From contig CACWVH010000002.1 of NCBI GenBank assembly GCA_902764235.1, forward strand, positions 8,766 to 72,765: DNA of 64,000 nucleotides. Reading direction: 5' to 3'. The stretch is from an uncultured Ruminococcus sp. Lineage in GTDB: Bacteria; Bacillota; Clostridia; Oscillospirales; Acutalibacteraceae. Below are positions 27,106 through 36,434 of this stretch, piece after piece. Each line of letters opens with the position of its first letter. The first letter of the stretch is position 1. The translations under genes and the position numbers were made by a program. Below the pieces are notes generated by a model that saw only the letters and a program-made list of their open reading frames with translations, did no database searches and had not been told where the DNA came from.

Positions 27106-29286
27106 TTAGTTTCTGCCAACGGATACGATTCCGCTGATACCGCTGAGCTTACTTATTACCATCTTTAAATGGTTGATGCCGTTTACAGTAAGACTGACTT
27201 CGATAATTGCTACACCGTTTTTCGTTTCCCTTGAATTCAGGCTATGAATAAACAGATGCATTGCAAATAGCTGATTTGTAATATCTGCAAGCAGCCCTGT
27301 CCTGTCTGTTGCGGTGATCTGAAGTGTTGCCTTAAAGGTTTCATTGACTATATTGTCTGTCCACTCTGCATTAACCCAGCGCTCAGGCTCAAGTGCCTTT
27401 GAAATGTCCTTAGGTACATTTGAGCAGTTTCTTTTATGAATTGAAACACCGTATCCTCTTGTGATAAAGCCTATTATCTCATCCCCCGGAAGAGGATTAC
27501 AGCATCTTGAGTATTTTACAAGGCAATCATCCATGCCCTCGATAATAACTCCGCTGCTGACCTTCTTTTTAGGTGCAGGCTCTTTGATAACCACAGGTAC
27601 AGGTTCTAAATCAGTATATTTCTTAAAATACTCCTCTTTGATCCTGGGTAGTATTCTCCAGAGCTGTATTCCGCCATAGCCGATAGATGCGTAAAAATCA
27701 TCAATCGTATTGCAGTTTTGTCTGTGTATAATATCTCCGAGAAATTCAGGCATATCCTTTTCCGGAACGCTTATACCAAGACGGCGGAATTCTGCTTCAA
27801 GCTGATTCTTTCCCTCAATTATGTTTTCATCTCTTTTTTCACGCTTGAACCAAAGTCGGATCTTACTTCTTGCCTCACTGGTTTTTACAATATTCAGCCA
27901 GTCTCTCTTAGGTCCTCCACTTTCCTTTGTTGTCATTATTTCAACGATCTCGCCTGTGGTGACCTTATAGTCGATCGGTACTATCCTTTTATCGACCTTT
28001 GCTCCTATCATACGGTTACCGACCTCGCTGTGTATTGCATATGCTACGTCGATAACAGTAGCTCCCATAGGAAGACTGAGCACATCTCCCTTTGGTGTAA
28101 AGACAAATACTTCCTCAGGAACAAGATCCATTTTTATTGTGCGGACAATATCAGTGGAATCATTATCATTCTGATTCTCAAGCATTTTTCTTATCCATGC
28201 AAGACGATCATCAAGAGTATTCTTTTTAGTAATACCTTCCTTGTATTTCCAATGAGCTGCAATACCGAATTCTGCGGTGTAATGCATTTCCCATGTTCTG
28301 ATCTGTATCTCAAAGGGAATTCCCTCTTTGCCTATAACAGTAGTATGAAGTGACTGATACATATTCGGCTTGGGGGTAGATATATAATCCTTGAACCGGT
28401 TAGGCAGGGGTCTGAAAACATCATGGACAACACCGAGTACATTGTAACAGTCTGCAACACTGTCAACGATGACTCTTACGGCAAAGATATCATATATCTG
28501 ATCCATCGTTCTACCCTTCATAAACGTCTTTTTATATATACCGTGTATACTCTTTACACGTCCCTCTATATAGACATTGCTTATTTCATCCTTCAGCCTG
28601 TCATAGATCTGCTGCTTGATATCAGTAATAAAATCAAGTCTGTCTTTACTTTTTAGTTCAAGCTGTTTTTCAATTTCGCTGTAACCGATAGGATCAAGAT
28701 ATCTGATTGAAAGATCCTCAAGCTCTTCTTTTATTGCTCTGATTCCGAGCCTGTGAGCAATCGGTGCATAGACCTCCATTACCTCAAGCGCTTTATCGCG
28801 TCTGTGCTGCTCCTTCATGCACTCGATAGTTCTCATATTATGAAGACGGTCTGCAAGCTTGATTATAATTACTCTGATATCATTTGACATTGCAATGAGC
28901 ATTTTCCTGATATTCTCTGCCTGCTGTTCTTCTCTTGATGAATATGGTATTTTACCAAGCTTTGTAACACCATCGATAAGATTGGCTATCTCTGAGCCAA
29001 ACATTTTTGTGACTTCCTGGAGTGTGATAGGAGTATCCTCCACAACATCGTGAAGCAATGCAGCGGAGAGACATTCGCTGTCCATTCCAAGCTCACACAA
29101 TATACAGGCTACTGTTGTCGGATGCAGAATATAGGGAATGCCGGACGCTCGTCTTTGGTTACCATGCATTTTTTCAGCCAGGTCATAGGCCTTCTGAATC
29201 AGCTCAAAATTATAATTTTTTCCGCTTTTCTTCATAAGCTCTACAAGCTCATTATAATCCTGATAATATTTCGGTTTATCTGGCAT
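27106..29286 (-). CDS. relA: Bifunctional (p)ppGpp synthetase/hydrolase RelA/SpoT (Rel)
   Basis: HD domain (HPTTVACIL..LLHDVVEDT), synthetase domain (YKSLHTTV-like QSLHTTVIG..EIQIRT), and TGS and ACT domains are present. The protein is 726 aa. Confidence 0.95.
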   Translation of the reverse strand: MPDKPKYYQDYNELVELMKKSGKNYNFELIQKAYDLAEKMHGNQRRASGIPYILHPTTVACILCELGMDSECLSAALLHDVVEDTPITLQEVTKMFGSEIANLIDGVTKLGKIPYSSREEQQAENIRKMLIAMSNDIRVIIIKLADRLHNMRTIECMKEQHRRDKALEVMEVYAPIAHRLGIRAIKEELEDLSIRYLDPIGYSEIEKQLELKSKDRLDFITDIKQQIYDRLKDEISNVYIEGRVKSIHGIYKKTFMKGRTMDQIYDIFAVRVIVDSVADCYNVLGVVHDVFRPLPNRFKDYISTPKPNMYQSLHTTVIGKEGIPFEIQIRTWEMHYTAEFGIAAHWKYKEGITKKNTLDDRLAWIRKMLENQNDNDSTDIVRTIKMDLVPEEVFVFTPKGDVLSLPMGATVIDVAYAIHSEVGNRMIGAKVDKRIVPIDYKVTTGEIVEIMTTKESGGPKRDWLNIVKTSEARSKIRLWFKREKRDENIIEGKNQLEAEFRRLGISVPEKDMPEFLGDIIHRQNCNTIDDFYASIGYGGIQLWRILPRIKEEYFKKYTDLEPVPVVIKEPAPKKKVSSGVIIEGMDDCLVKYSRCCNPLPGDEIIGFITRGYGVSIHKRNCSNVPKDISKALEPERWVNAEWTDNIVNETFKATLQITATDRTGLLADITNQLFAMHLFIHSLNSRETKNGVAIIEVSLTVNGINHLKMVISKLSGISGIVSVGRN

Positions 29287-31303
29287 TTCTTATCTCCTCC
29301 TCCAATTTTCTGTATACCTTTGAAGTGCTGAGCTCTGTTTTACCGGTAACTCTGCACATCCTGACAAATAATACATCCGAGCATCTCGAATATTCAATAA
29401 AATTAAGCTCCTTCATTATGTCAAGGACTATCAGAAGCCTGAAAACATCAATATTGACTTTGTGACATAATTCATCGACAGTATATCTTTCCTTACCTGC
29501 TGCTTTAAGAAATCTGTATATTGCTGCAAACTGTTCTCTTGTCGGGAATTTATCATGCTTTCCTTTTGTGAATACACCTTTCTTATATAATTCATAATCC
29601 TGCAGCTCAAGCATTGCTCTTTCAACATCAAATCCATTGATTCTGATATCCTTTACGTTAAACGAAAGACTTTCCTTGCCCATATATTCATTTTTATCTA
29701 TATTGACAGCAAAATCAAGAGTCTCACCTTCGTTATAAGGAAACTCTGAGGGTGAAGTGGAAAAACACATTAAACTCAGTCTTGCATTACCTCTTGAAAC
29801 AGAAAGCCTTAAATGCTTACCGCCTCCTACCGGTGTGATCTTATCAAGCTTCATGCCGTAAAAACCAAATATCGGCTTCGGATTTGAACATCCGAAGGGT
29901 TCAAAGTTTTTAAGCTGCCTGACCATATCAAGCACCACAGATTCCGGATTAAGCTTGCAATCAAGCTTCATTGTATACAAAGGCATATAATCAAGTTTGT
30001 CAGCATATTCGTTTACAGCTTTTGTAAATACATCAATTTTTTCTTTCTTGATACTAAAGCCTACTGCCATAGGATGTCCGCCGAATTTTACAAGGTGTTC
30101 AGAACAGGCAAATACTGCATCCACTAAGGAAAAGCCCGTTACGCTTCTGCCGGAAGCCTTGCAGACCTCATCGTTTATTGATATCATAACCGATGGTTTT
30201 CCGAAACGTTCAGTGATTCTTGAAGATACTATTCCGATAACTCCTGCATTCCATTTGTCAGAGGCAAGAACGATGATCCTGTTTTCAGTGATGGAAGGAT
30301 CGTCTGCGATCATTTCATCTATATCCTTGATTATATCCCCCTCGATTTTCTGACGGGCACGATTAAGCTCACAGAGAACTTCTGATTTTTCATCCGCCAC
30401 ATCCACATCTTCGGTAAGAAACAAGTTAAGCGCATCATAGGGTGAGCCAAGTCTGCCTGCTGCATTTATTCTCGGACCTATTTTAAAGCCTATAGCACCA
30501 GAATTAATTTCATTGATGGCTGATTTTTCGATCAGCTCTGATAGACCCGGCCGTTCTGTATTTTTTAACGCAACTATACCGAATTTGACTATTTTTCTGT
30601 TTTCACCGCAAAGAGGAACTATATCGGCAACTGTACCAAGTGCAGCAAGATCTGCATAGTTTTCTATTATGGAGTAATTGTTATCATCAAGTGCATATAT
30701 AAGCTTCAGAGCAAGTCCGGCGCCTGAATAATCCCTGAAATGATATGTTTCGTCATTTCTGTGGGGATTTACAACAGCGTGTGCAGCCGGAAGAATGTCA
30801 AGCGGTTTATGGTGATCGGTTACAATAACATCCATTCCGACTGAAACAGCATATTCTATCTCATCTATTGCTGTGATACCATTGTCAACTGTTATCAGAA
30901 GCTTTATGCCCTCTGATGATAGCTTCTGAATCGCAGGTATGTTCATTCCATAGCCTTCTTCATTTCTGTCTGGAATATAATACATTACATCAGCAAAACA
31001 GGATTCAAGATATGAATACATTATGGCTGTTGAAGTTACTCCGTCACAGTCATAATCTCCGTATATGCATATTTTTTCATTATTATCTAATGCTTGCCTG
31101 ATCCTTTCAACGGCCTTATCCATATCCTTTATGAGCAACGGATCATCCAAATCGATTTCATGGGAAAAAAACTCCTCAATATCTTCTTTTTCGGTTATAT
31201 TTCTGATTGTCAGCAGCATAGCTGTAAACACCGGCAAACCATATTGAGTATTCAGTTTTCTGACCATATCCTTATCCAGCTCAGATACAGACCAATTTTT
31301 CAT
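29276..31303 (-). CDS. recJ: Single-stranded-DNA-specific exonuclease RecJ
   Basis: DHH motifs (IYGDYDCDGVTS, ITVDNGI, VIVTDHH) and DHHA1 (GGHPMAVG) are present. It overlaps relA by 11 nt. Confidence 0.93.
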   Translation of the reverse strand: MKNWSVSELDKDMVRKLNTQYGLPVFTAMLLTIRNITEKEDIEEFFSHEIDLDDPLLIKDMDKAVERIRQALDNNEKICIYGDYDCDGVTSTAIMYSYLESCFADVMYYIPDRNEEGYGMNIPAIQKLSSEGIKLLITVDNGITAIDEIEYAVSVGMDVIVTDHHKPLDILPAAHAVVNPHRNDETYHFRDYSGAGLALKLIYALDDNNYSIIENYADLAALGTVADIVPLCGENRKIVKFGIVALKNTERPGLSELIEKSAINEINSGAIGFKIGPRINAAGRLGSPYDALNLFLTEDVDVADEKSEVLCELNRARQKIEGDIIKDIDEMIADDPSITENRIIVLASDKWNAGVIGIVSSRITERFGKPSVMISINDEVCKASGRSVTGFSLVDAVFACSEHLVKFGGHPMAVGFSIKKEKIDVFTKAVNEYADKLDYMPLYTMKLDCKLNPESVVLDMVRQLKNFEPFGCSNPKPIFGFYGMKLDKITPVGGGKHLRLSVSRGNARLSLMCFSTSPSEFPYNEGETLDFAVNIDKNEYMGKESLSFNVKDIRINGFDVERAMLELQDYELYKKGVFTKGKHDKFPTREQFAAIYRFLKAAGKERYTVDELCHKVNIDVFRLLIVLDIMKELNFIEYSRCSDVLFVRMCRVTGKTELSTSKVYRKLEEEIRNAR

Positions 31304-31492
31304 CCTTGCACCGCCTTAATTTCTATAATATTATATGATAACATTTTTTAATATATAATTCAATATTTTGTTATTCTTTTTTTCAATTATTTGCGTTATC
31401 GCGTTATCTGTTCAATATTTTATTCCATATTATTAATCAGATCAGTTTTTTTCACTTTAACATAAAAACAGAAGTAAACTAAAAGAAGACGA

Positions 31493-31530
31493 AACCGGTA
31501 TTCTGTTATTCTTGTTACAGAATACCGGTT
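31493..31530 (-). terminator. Terminator of tatD-family gene
   Basis: aaccggtattctgt / acagaataccggtt is a 14-bp perfect stem. The minus strand continues TCGTCTTCTTTT. Confidence 0.7.
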
Positions 31531-31549
31531 GGGTCGGAGATTTTTTAAG

Positions 31550-32329
31550 CTATTTCAGTAAAAACAATCTTTCTGTGTTTTTCCTTGCATTTGAGATTAT
31601 TTCTTCCTCATTTTTATTCATATATACAGAAAGTGCCTTTGTAACATATTTTATGTTTTCAGGGACATTGATATTACCAAGACCTTTTATTCCTCTTGGT
31701 GTAAGATACGGTGCATCAGTTTCAATAAGAAGCTTTTCAAGTGGAAGCTCCTTTACAGCTATTCTCAATGCTTCTGCTCTTCTGTTATCGCAAATCCACC
31801 CTGTGATACCTATGTAAAATCCCATATCAAGATATCTTCTGATCTCATTTACGCCGCCTGTGAAGCAGTGTATTACCGAGCGCCTGCATATCTCCTTCTG
31901 ATCTTCAAAACAGGCTGTCATATCTTCAAATGCAGAGCGCTCATGCAGAAACATCGGCTTACCGAGCTTCCGGGCAAGTCTGATTTGTTTTCTGAAACAA
32001 TTCAGCTGATTTTCCTTTGAAGAAAACATTCTGTCATAATCAAGTCCGCATTCCCCAACGGCAACAATATCAAGATTCCCGGTTATAATACTTTCAAGCT
32101 TGACAATATCTTCATCTGAAAACCGGTCTGCGTTATGAGGATGAATCCCGGCTGTTCCATAGCAGGAGTGATTTCTTGTATATTTATCTACAAGCCTGTT
32201 TTCATTCATATCACTTCCGGTAAGGATACATCTTACTCCTTCCTTCATTGCATTATTGATTATTTTATCAGGTTCCTTAAATTGTCTGCAAAACAGGTTT
32301 ACTCCGATATCATAATACTTTATCTCCAT
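31550..32329 (-). CDS. TatD-family metal-dependent hydrolase/DNase
   Basis: YDIGVNL.., GIHPH, VAVGECGLDY, PMFLHER, HCFTG and LLIETDAPYL motifs are present. Confidence 0.9.
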   Translation of the reverse strand: MEIKYYDIGVNLFCRQFKEPDKIINNAMKEGVRCILTGSDMNENRLVDKYTRNHSCYGTAGIHPHNADRFSDEDIVKLESIITGNLDIVAVGECGLDYDRMFSSKENQLNCFRKQIRLARKLGKPMFLHERSAFEDMTACFEDQKEICRRSVIHCFTGGVNEIRRYLDMGFYIGITGWICDNRRAEALRIAVKELPLEKLLIETDAPYLTPRGIKGLGNINVPENIKYVTKALSVYMNKNEEEIISNARKNTERLFLLK

Positions 32330-32345
32330 AACTTCAACTCCGGTT

Positions 32346-34226
32346 TTATAAATTTTTGAGAAACAGACATCTTATTGAATTAAGCACTGCGATGACCATT
32401 ACGCCTACATCAGCAAAAATCGCTATCCACATATTGGCTATACCTAATGCCCCGAGAATCAGACAAAGTACTTTTACTCCGATCGAAAACCATATATTCT
32501 GATTTACTATCCTCATGCACTTTTTAGATATTTTTATAGCCTTCGGGATCTTTCCGGGGTCGTCATCCATTAAAACCACATCAGATGCTTCGATAGCCGC
32601 ATCAGAACCCATCGCTCCCATAGAAATACCTATGTCTGCAATAGAAAGCACAGGCGCATCATTTACTCCGTCTCCTGCAAATACGAGAGTTTCTCCCTTT
32701 CGTTTTGAATTCAGAAGCTCTTCTGTTTTTTCAACTTTATCTGAAGGAAGCAATTCGCTGAAAACAGATGAAATACCAAGCTCTGACGCAACAGATTCCG
32801 CAATAGTATTATTATCTCCTGTAAGCATTACCGTCTGTCTTATGCCACATTTTTTAAGATCATTCAAAGCAGGTCCGGTTCCTTCTTTTATTGAATCGCT
32901 GATTATAATTTCTCCATGATAAACGCCATTAATTGCTACATATATCACAGTTCCGGCTGTTTCAATTTCTTTTGTATCTATTCCTAAGCTTTTCATCAGC
33001 TTTTTATTACCGGCGCATATTTTTTTTCCGCATACATTTGCGATAATACCCTGTCCGGCAATTTCTTCAATATCTTCCGCCTGAGGAAGATCTGTATTTT
33101 CAGTATATTTTTTTAGTGACTGAGCAATCGGATGATTGGAATACTGTTCAGCGGCAGCAGCATATCTTATCAGTTCTTTATCGGTAAGTCCTTTTGCCTT
33201 TATTTCAGTTACCTCAAATACACCTTTTGTCAGGGTACCGGTTTTATCAAACACAACAATACCTGCTTTTGACAACTGCTCAAGATAATTTGATCCTTTG
33301 ACAAGTATACCCTGTCTGCTCGCACCCCCTATACCGGCAAAAAAGCTGAGAGGTATACTGATAACAAGCGCACACGGACAGCTTATAACAAGGAATGTCA
33401 AAGCTCTGTATATCCAGCTGAACCATTCTGCCGGTTTTGACAGAATTATCATATTGAACAAAGGAGGTAAAACAGCAAGCGCAAGGGCGCTGAATACAAC
33501 AACAGGAGTATACACGGCGGCAAATTTTGTAATAAAGTTTTCCGAGCGTGATTTTCGGGAGCTTGCATTCTCTACCAGATCAAGAATTTTAGAAACTGTC
33601 GATTCCTCAAATTCCTTTGTAGTTTCAATTTTCAGCATTCCGCTTTTATTGATGCATCCGCTGATTATAATATCGCCTTCCCTCACTTCTCTTGGTAAGC
33701 TCTCTCCTGTAAGCGCAGCTGTATCAAGAACAGATCTACCCTCAACAACAATTCCGTCGATGGGTACTTTTTCACCGGGAAGAACTGTTATTATCGTTCC
33801 CTTTTCTATATCATCAGGATCGGCTTTGACTAATTCACCGTTTTCTTCTATATTTGCATAGTCAGGTCTGATATCCATAAGCTGACTGATATTTTTCCGG
33901 CTTTTTCCCACAGCATAGCTTTGAAACCATTCTCCTATCTGATAAAACAGCATTACAGCAATTGCTTCTATATAATCTCCGTCAGTAATCACCGCAATCA
34001 CCAAAGCTCCGATCGTTGCTATACTCATTAAAAAACATTCATCGAACGGCTGAAGGTTGATTATTCCCTTTCCTGCTTTTATCAGAATATCATATCCAAT
34101 AATCAGATATGGTATCAAAAAAAGTATAAAGCGAATAATTCCGCTGACTGGTATGAAAAGAAATAACAGCATTATAACAGATGAAATAATAATCCTTATA
34201 AGATTTTTCTTTTGTTTTTTTGTCAT
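32346..34226 (-). CDS. cadA: Heavy-metal (Cd/Zn/Co-type, P1B) translocating P-type ATPase core, lacking an N-terminal HMA domain
   Basis: CPC motif (VISCPCALVIS), DKTGTLT, TGES and GDGVNDAP are present. The protein starts directly with TM helices. I prefer the ATG at 34226 (MTKKQKK), 7 nt after a GAGGTG SD. Confidence 0.85.
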   Translation of the reverse strand: MTKKQKKNLIRIIISSVIMLLFLFIPVSGIIRFILFLIPYLIIGYDILIKAGKGIINLQPFDECFLMSIATIGALVIAVITDGDYIEAIAVMLFYQIGEWFQSYAVGKSRKNISQLMDIRPDYANIEENGELVKADPDDIEKGTIITVLPGEKVPIDGIVVEGRSVLDTAALTGESLPREVREGDIIISGCINKSGMLKIETTKEFEESTVSKILDLVENASSRKSRSENFITKFAAVYTPVVVFSALALAVLPPLFNMIILSKPAEWFSWIYRALTFLVISCPCALVISIPLSFFAGIGGASRQGILVKGSNYLEQLSKAGIVVFDKTGTLTKGVFEVTEIKAKGLTDKELIRYAAAAEQYSNHPIAQSLKKYTENTDLPQAEDIEEIAGQGIIANVCGKKICAGNKKLMKSLGIDTKEIETAGTVIYVAINGVYHGEIIISDSIKEGTGPALNDLKKCGIRQTVMLTGDNNTIAESVASELGISSVFSELLPSDKVEKTEELLNSKRKGETLVFAGDGVNDAPVLSIADIGISMGAMGSDAAIEASDVVLMDDDPGKIPKAIKISKKCMRIVNQNIWFSIGVKVLCLILGALGIANMWIAIFADVGVMVIAVLNSIRCLFLKNL

Positions 34227-34272
34227 AATACGCCACCTCAATTAAATAAATCTTTAATCGTTTGTTTTAAAT

Positions 34273-34301
34273 TTAAGCACTCCTGATCAAAGAGTGCTTA
34301 A
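34273..34301 (-). terminator. Hairpin between the HMA gene and the ATPase gene (partial terminator/processing site)
   Basis: ttaagcactc / gagtgcttaa stem. The minus-strand 3' side is ATTTAAAAC, a weak U-tract. Confidence 0.4.
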
Positions 34302-34307
34302 TATGAA

Positions 34308-34529
34308 TTATTTATAGAAAATCTCGCAGTCCGGCTCGATCTTTCTGCAGGCTTTAAAAACATTATCCATTACAGCATCAATATCAGCACCTTCTTCAAA
34401 TTCAACTTTCATTTTCAAGGTCATAAAATTTACTGATGCATCTTTAACACCGTCAACCTTCTTTGCAGCAGACTCCATCTTTGCTGCACAGTTAGCACAG
34501 TCAACCTCAATCTTATATGTTTTTTTCAT
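34308..34529 (-). CDS. Stand-alone heavy-metal-associated (HMA) domain protein
   Basis: 73 aa with YKIEVDCANCAAKMESAAKKVDGVKDASVNF, a ferredoxin-like HMA fold carrying the CadA-type C-A-N-C metal motif. Confidence 0.85.
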   Translation of the reverse strand: MKKTYKIEVDCANCAAKMESAAKKVDGVKDASVNFMTLKMKVEFEEGADIDAVMDNVFKACRKIEPDCEIFYK

Positions 34530-34549
34530 AAAACCACCTCATTTATTTT

Positions 34550-34569
34550 GATTAAACAAACATTTAATC
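34550..34569. promoter_or_regulatory. Candidate ArsR/SmtB-family operator
   Basis: Inverted repeat GATTAAA-caaaca-TTTAATC lies between the predicted -10 (34579-34584) and the SD of the HMA gene. Confidence 0.4.
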
Positions 34570-34578
34570 GTTATTATT

Positions 34579-34607
34579 AATATATCACTATTTTATGCTT
34601 CTGTCAA
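34579..34607 (-). promoter_or_regulatory. Near-consensus promoter of the HMA/ATPase operon
   Basis: Minus strand reads TTGACA, 17 nt, TATATT, with an extended -10 TG (gTGaTATATT). Confidence 0.6.
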
Positions 34608-34639
34608 GAATAATAAAGAAGTTTTCTTAATTTTTTTAC

Positions 34640-35036
34640 AGAACCCTGAAACGCAGCTTCGACAGTATTTGTGGATGACCTATGCAAAGCAGAAGCGCCG
34701 ACAGAACTGACAGGCAAAAGGTTCGTGTAAATTATTTCTGGGTGTTTTGCAGGAACTATAATCAACCGACTTGAAAGTATTGGTCAGAAGAAAGCCTGAA
34801 CCGCGACTTCGACGGTATCGGCTTGTGGGCAAGAGCTGAGCGTAAGCACAGCGAACCTCTCGAAGCTGACGCCGGCGGCAAAGGCTAGTGTAAAATAATT
34901 CTGGGACTTTTAAAGCAGAAATGAAGTCAGCAGTTCAGCCTCAAAAAAGTCTGGCAGTACCCGAGTAAAACATTTTCAGTCTGGTTAAGCCGTGAATCAA
35001 GGGTCCAGCGTCACGCTGGCGGCGGCAAAAAGATGG
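34640..35036. repeat. Copy B: tandem array of three related units of the dispersed GC-rich intergenic repeat family
   Basis: The unit starts align: cctgaaacgcagcttcgacagtat (34645) with cctgaaccgcgacttcgacggtat (34795). The unit ends align: ggcaaaaggttcgtgtaaattatttctggg with ggcaaaggctagtgtaaaataattctggg. The third unit is homologous to 11000-11095. Confidence 0.75.
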
Positions 35037-35038
35037 TG

Positions 35039-35067
35039 TTGATTTTTTGATAAAAATATTTTAAAAT
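35039..35067 (+). promoter_or_regulatory. Candidate promoter of the ArsR-family regulator gene
   Basis: TTGATT, 17 nt, TAAAAT, 12 nt after the GC-rich end of the repeat array. Confidence 0.5.
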
Positions 35068-35092
35068 ATATTTAATAAAAGAAGTCCCGGAG

Positions 35093-35473
35093 ATGATTTT
35101 TTTGCAAACTAAAAGAATTGAATTACCGCATAATCATAATGGCAAGGATAAAATAATTATTGAAAAAATGCCCGAAATTGATACTATAACAGCCGTTGCT
35201 CAGGCAATGAACCAACTCGGTAACCCAAGTAGACTTCGTATTTTCTGGCTGCTGTGCCATTGTGAGGAATGTGTAATTAATATAGCTGCGGCAACAGGTA
35301 TGTCAAGTCCGGCAGTATCTCATCATCTCAAGCTGCTTAAAAGTGCAGGTCTGATCGTTGCTAACCGCAACGGAAAAGAAATGTATTATCGTGCGGCTGA
35401 TACAGATATCGTTCTCAAACTGCACCACACCATAGAAGAGATCGCAAGGATCTCATGTCCTGAAGGAAAATGA
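35093..35473 (+). CDS. ArsR/SmtB-family metalloregulator (CadC-like)
   Basis: RLRIFWLLCHCEECVINIAAATGMSSPAVSHHLKLLKSAGLI is an HTH with Cys-rich alpha3-type ligands. The start is ambiguous: ATG 35093 lies directly after GGAG, and the in-frame TTG 35102 has better spacing. Confidence 0.85.
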   Translation: MIFLQTKRIELPHNHNGKDKIIIEKMPEIDTITAVAQAMNQLGNPSRLRIFWLLCHCEECVINIAAATGMSSPAVSHHLKLLKSAGLIVANRNGKEMYYRAADTDIVLKLHHTIEEIARISCPEGK

Positions 35474-35482
35474 ATAAATAAT

Positions 35483-35515
35483 AGCAGCAATCAGCTTGTT
35501 TTTCTGATTGCTGCT
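35483..35515. terminator. Bidirectional terminator between the regulator gene and rluD
   Basis: agcagcaatcag / ctgattgctgct is a 12-bp perfect stem followed by TTTTTGG. Confidence 0.75.
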
Positions 35516-35525
35516 TTTTGGTTTA

Positions 35526-36434
35526 TTATAGTTTTGAAAGGAAATCTGTAAAGTACTCCGGCAATTCACTGGATAATGTGATGATTTTTTCTGTGCGCGG
35601 ATGAACAAAGGAAATATAGTAAGCGTGCAGGCATTGTCCGCTAAGCGATGTAATTACTTTCTTTGGACCATATACAGGGTCTCCGGCTACCGGATGACCT
35701 ATTGATGCCATATGCACCCTTATCTGATGTGTCCTGCCCGTCTCAAGAGTAAGCTCGACAAGAGTAAATCCTTCATATCTCCTGTAAACCTTATAATGTG
35801 TGACTGCCGGCTTTGAATTTTTATATATCACCGTCATTTTTTTTCTGTCTGAAGGATGGCGTCCTATCGGTGCATCAATCGTGCCCTCATCGTTCTTTAG
35901 ATTTCCGTATACAACTGCCATATATTTTCTTTCAAAGCTATGAACTTTGATCTGTTCAGCAAGCCTTTTATGAGAAAAATCATTCTTTGCAACTATCAGC
36001 AAACCACTTGTATCCTTATCTATTCTATGGACTATTCCGGGTCTCATCACTCCATTTATACCTGAAAGACTATCACCGCAATGAAACAGCAGAGCATTTA
36101 CAAGCGTTCCCTCATAGTTTCCGGGTGCAGGATGGACTACCATATTTTTTGGCTTATTAACTACAAGAAGATCGTCATCCTCATACACAATTTCCAAGGG
36201 AATGTTTTCCGGCTTTGCTTCCATTGTTTCCGGGTCAGGCACAAGAAGTATTATTTTATCATTATTTTTCAGCTTATAGTTCTTTGCATAAATTTTGTCA
36301 TTAACAGTAACATTGCCGTTTTCAATCAGCTTCTGGATCAACGAACGTGTCATTTCCGGGCATTTTTCAGTAAGAAAACTATCTAATCTTTTTCCGGCAT
36401 CGTTTTCAGCTGCTGTATATTCATTCCTCTCCAT
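35526..36434 (-). CDS. rluD: 23S rRNA pseudouridine synthase, RluA/RluD family
   Basis: An S4 domain is followed by HRIDKDTSGLLIVAK and the GRTHQIRVH motif. I prefer the start at ATG 36434 (MERNEY), which has a GGAGG SD. It overlaps the lspA end by 14 nt. Confidence 0.9.
   Translation of the reverse strand: MERNEYTAAENDAGKRLDSFLTEKCPEMTRSLIQKLIENGNVTVNDKIYAKNYKLKNNDKIILLVPDPETMEAKPENIPLEIVYEDDDLLVVNKPKNMVVHPAPGNYEGTLVNALLFHCGDSLSGINGVMRPGIVHRIDKDTSGLLIVAKNDFSHKRLAEQIKVHSFERKYMAVVYGNLKNDEGTIDAPIGRHPSDRKKMTVIYKNSKPAVTHYKVYRRYEGFTLVELTLETGRTHQIRVHMASIGHPVAGDPVYGPKKVITSLSGQCLHAYYISFVHPRTEKIITLSSELPEYFTDFLSKL

Noticed and set aside
31393-31408. Direct repeat gcgttatc-gcgttatc upstream of recJ
   Set aside because: It is only two 8-mers with no inverted partner and no recurrence elsewhere in the window. 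That is insufficient to call a binding site.
35056-35069. Perfect 14-bp palindrome ATATTTTAAAATAT at the ArsR-family gene promoter
   Set aside because: It is composed only of A/T, lies within the spacer and -10 of an AT-rich promoter, and is likely to arise by chance. The GATTAAA-N6-TTTAATC repeat at 34550 is a better operator candidate.
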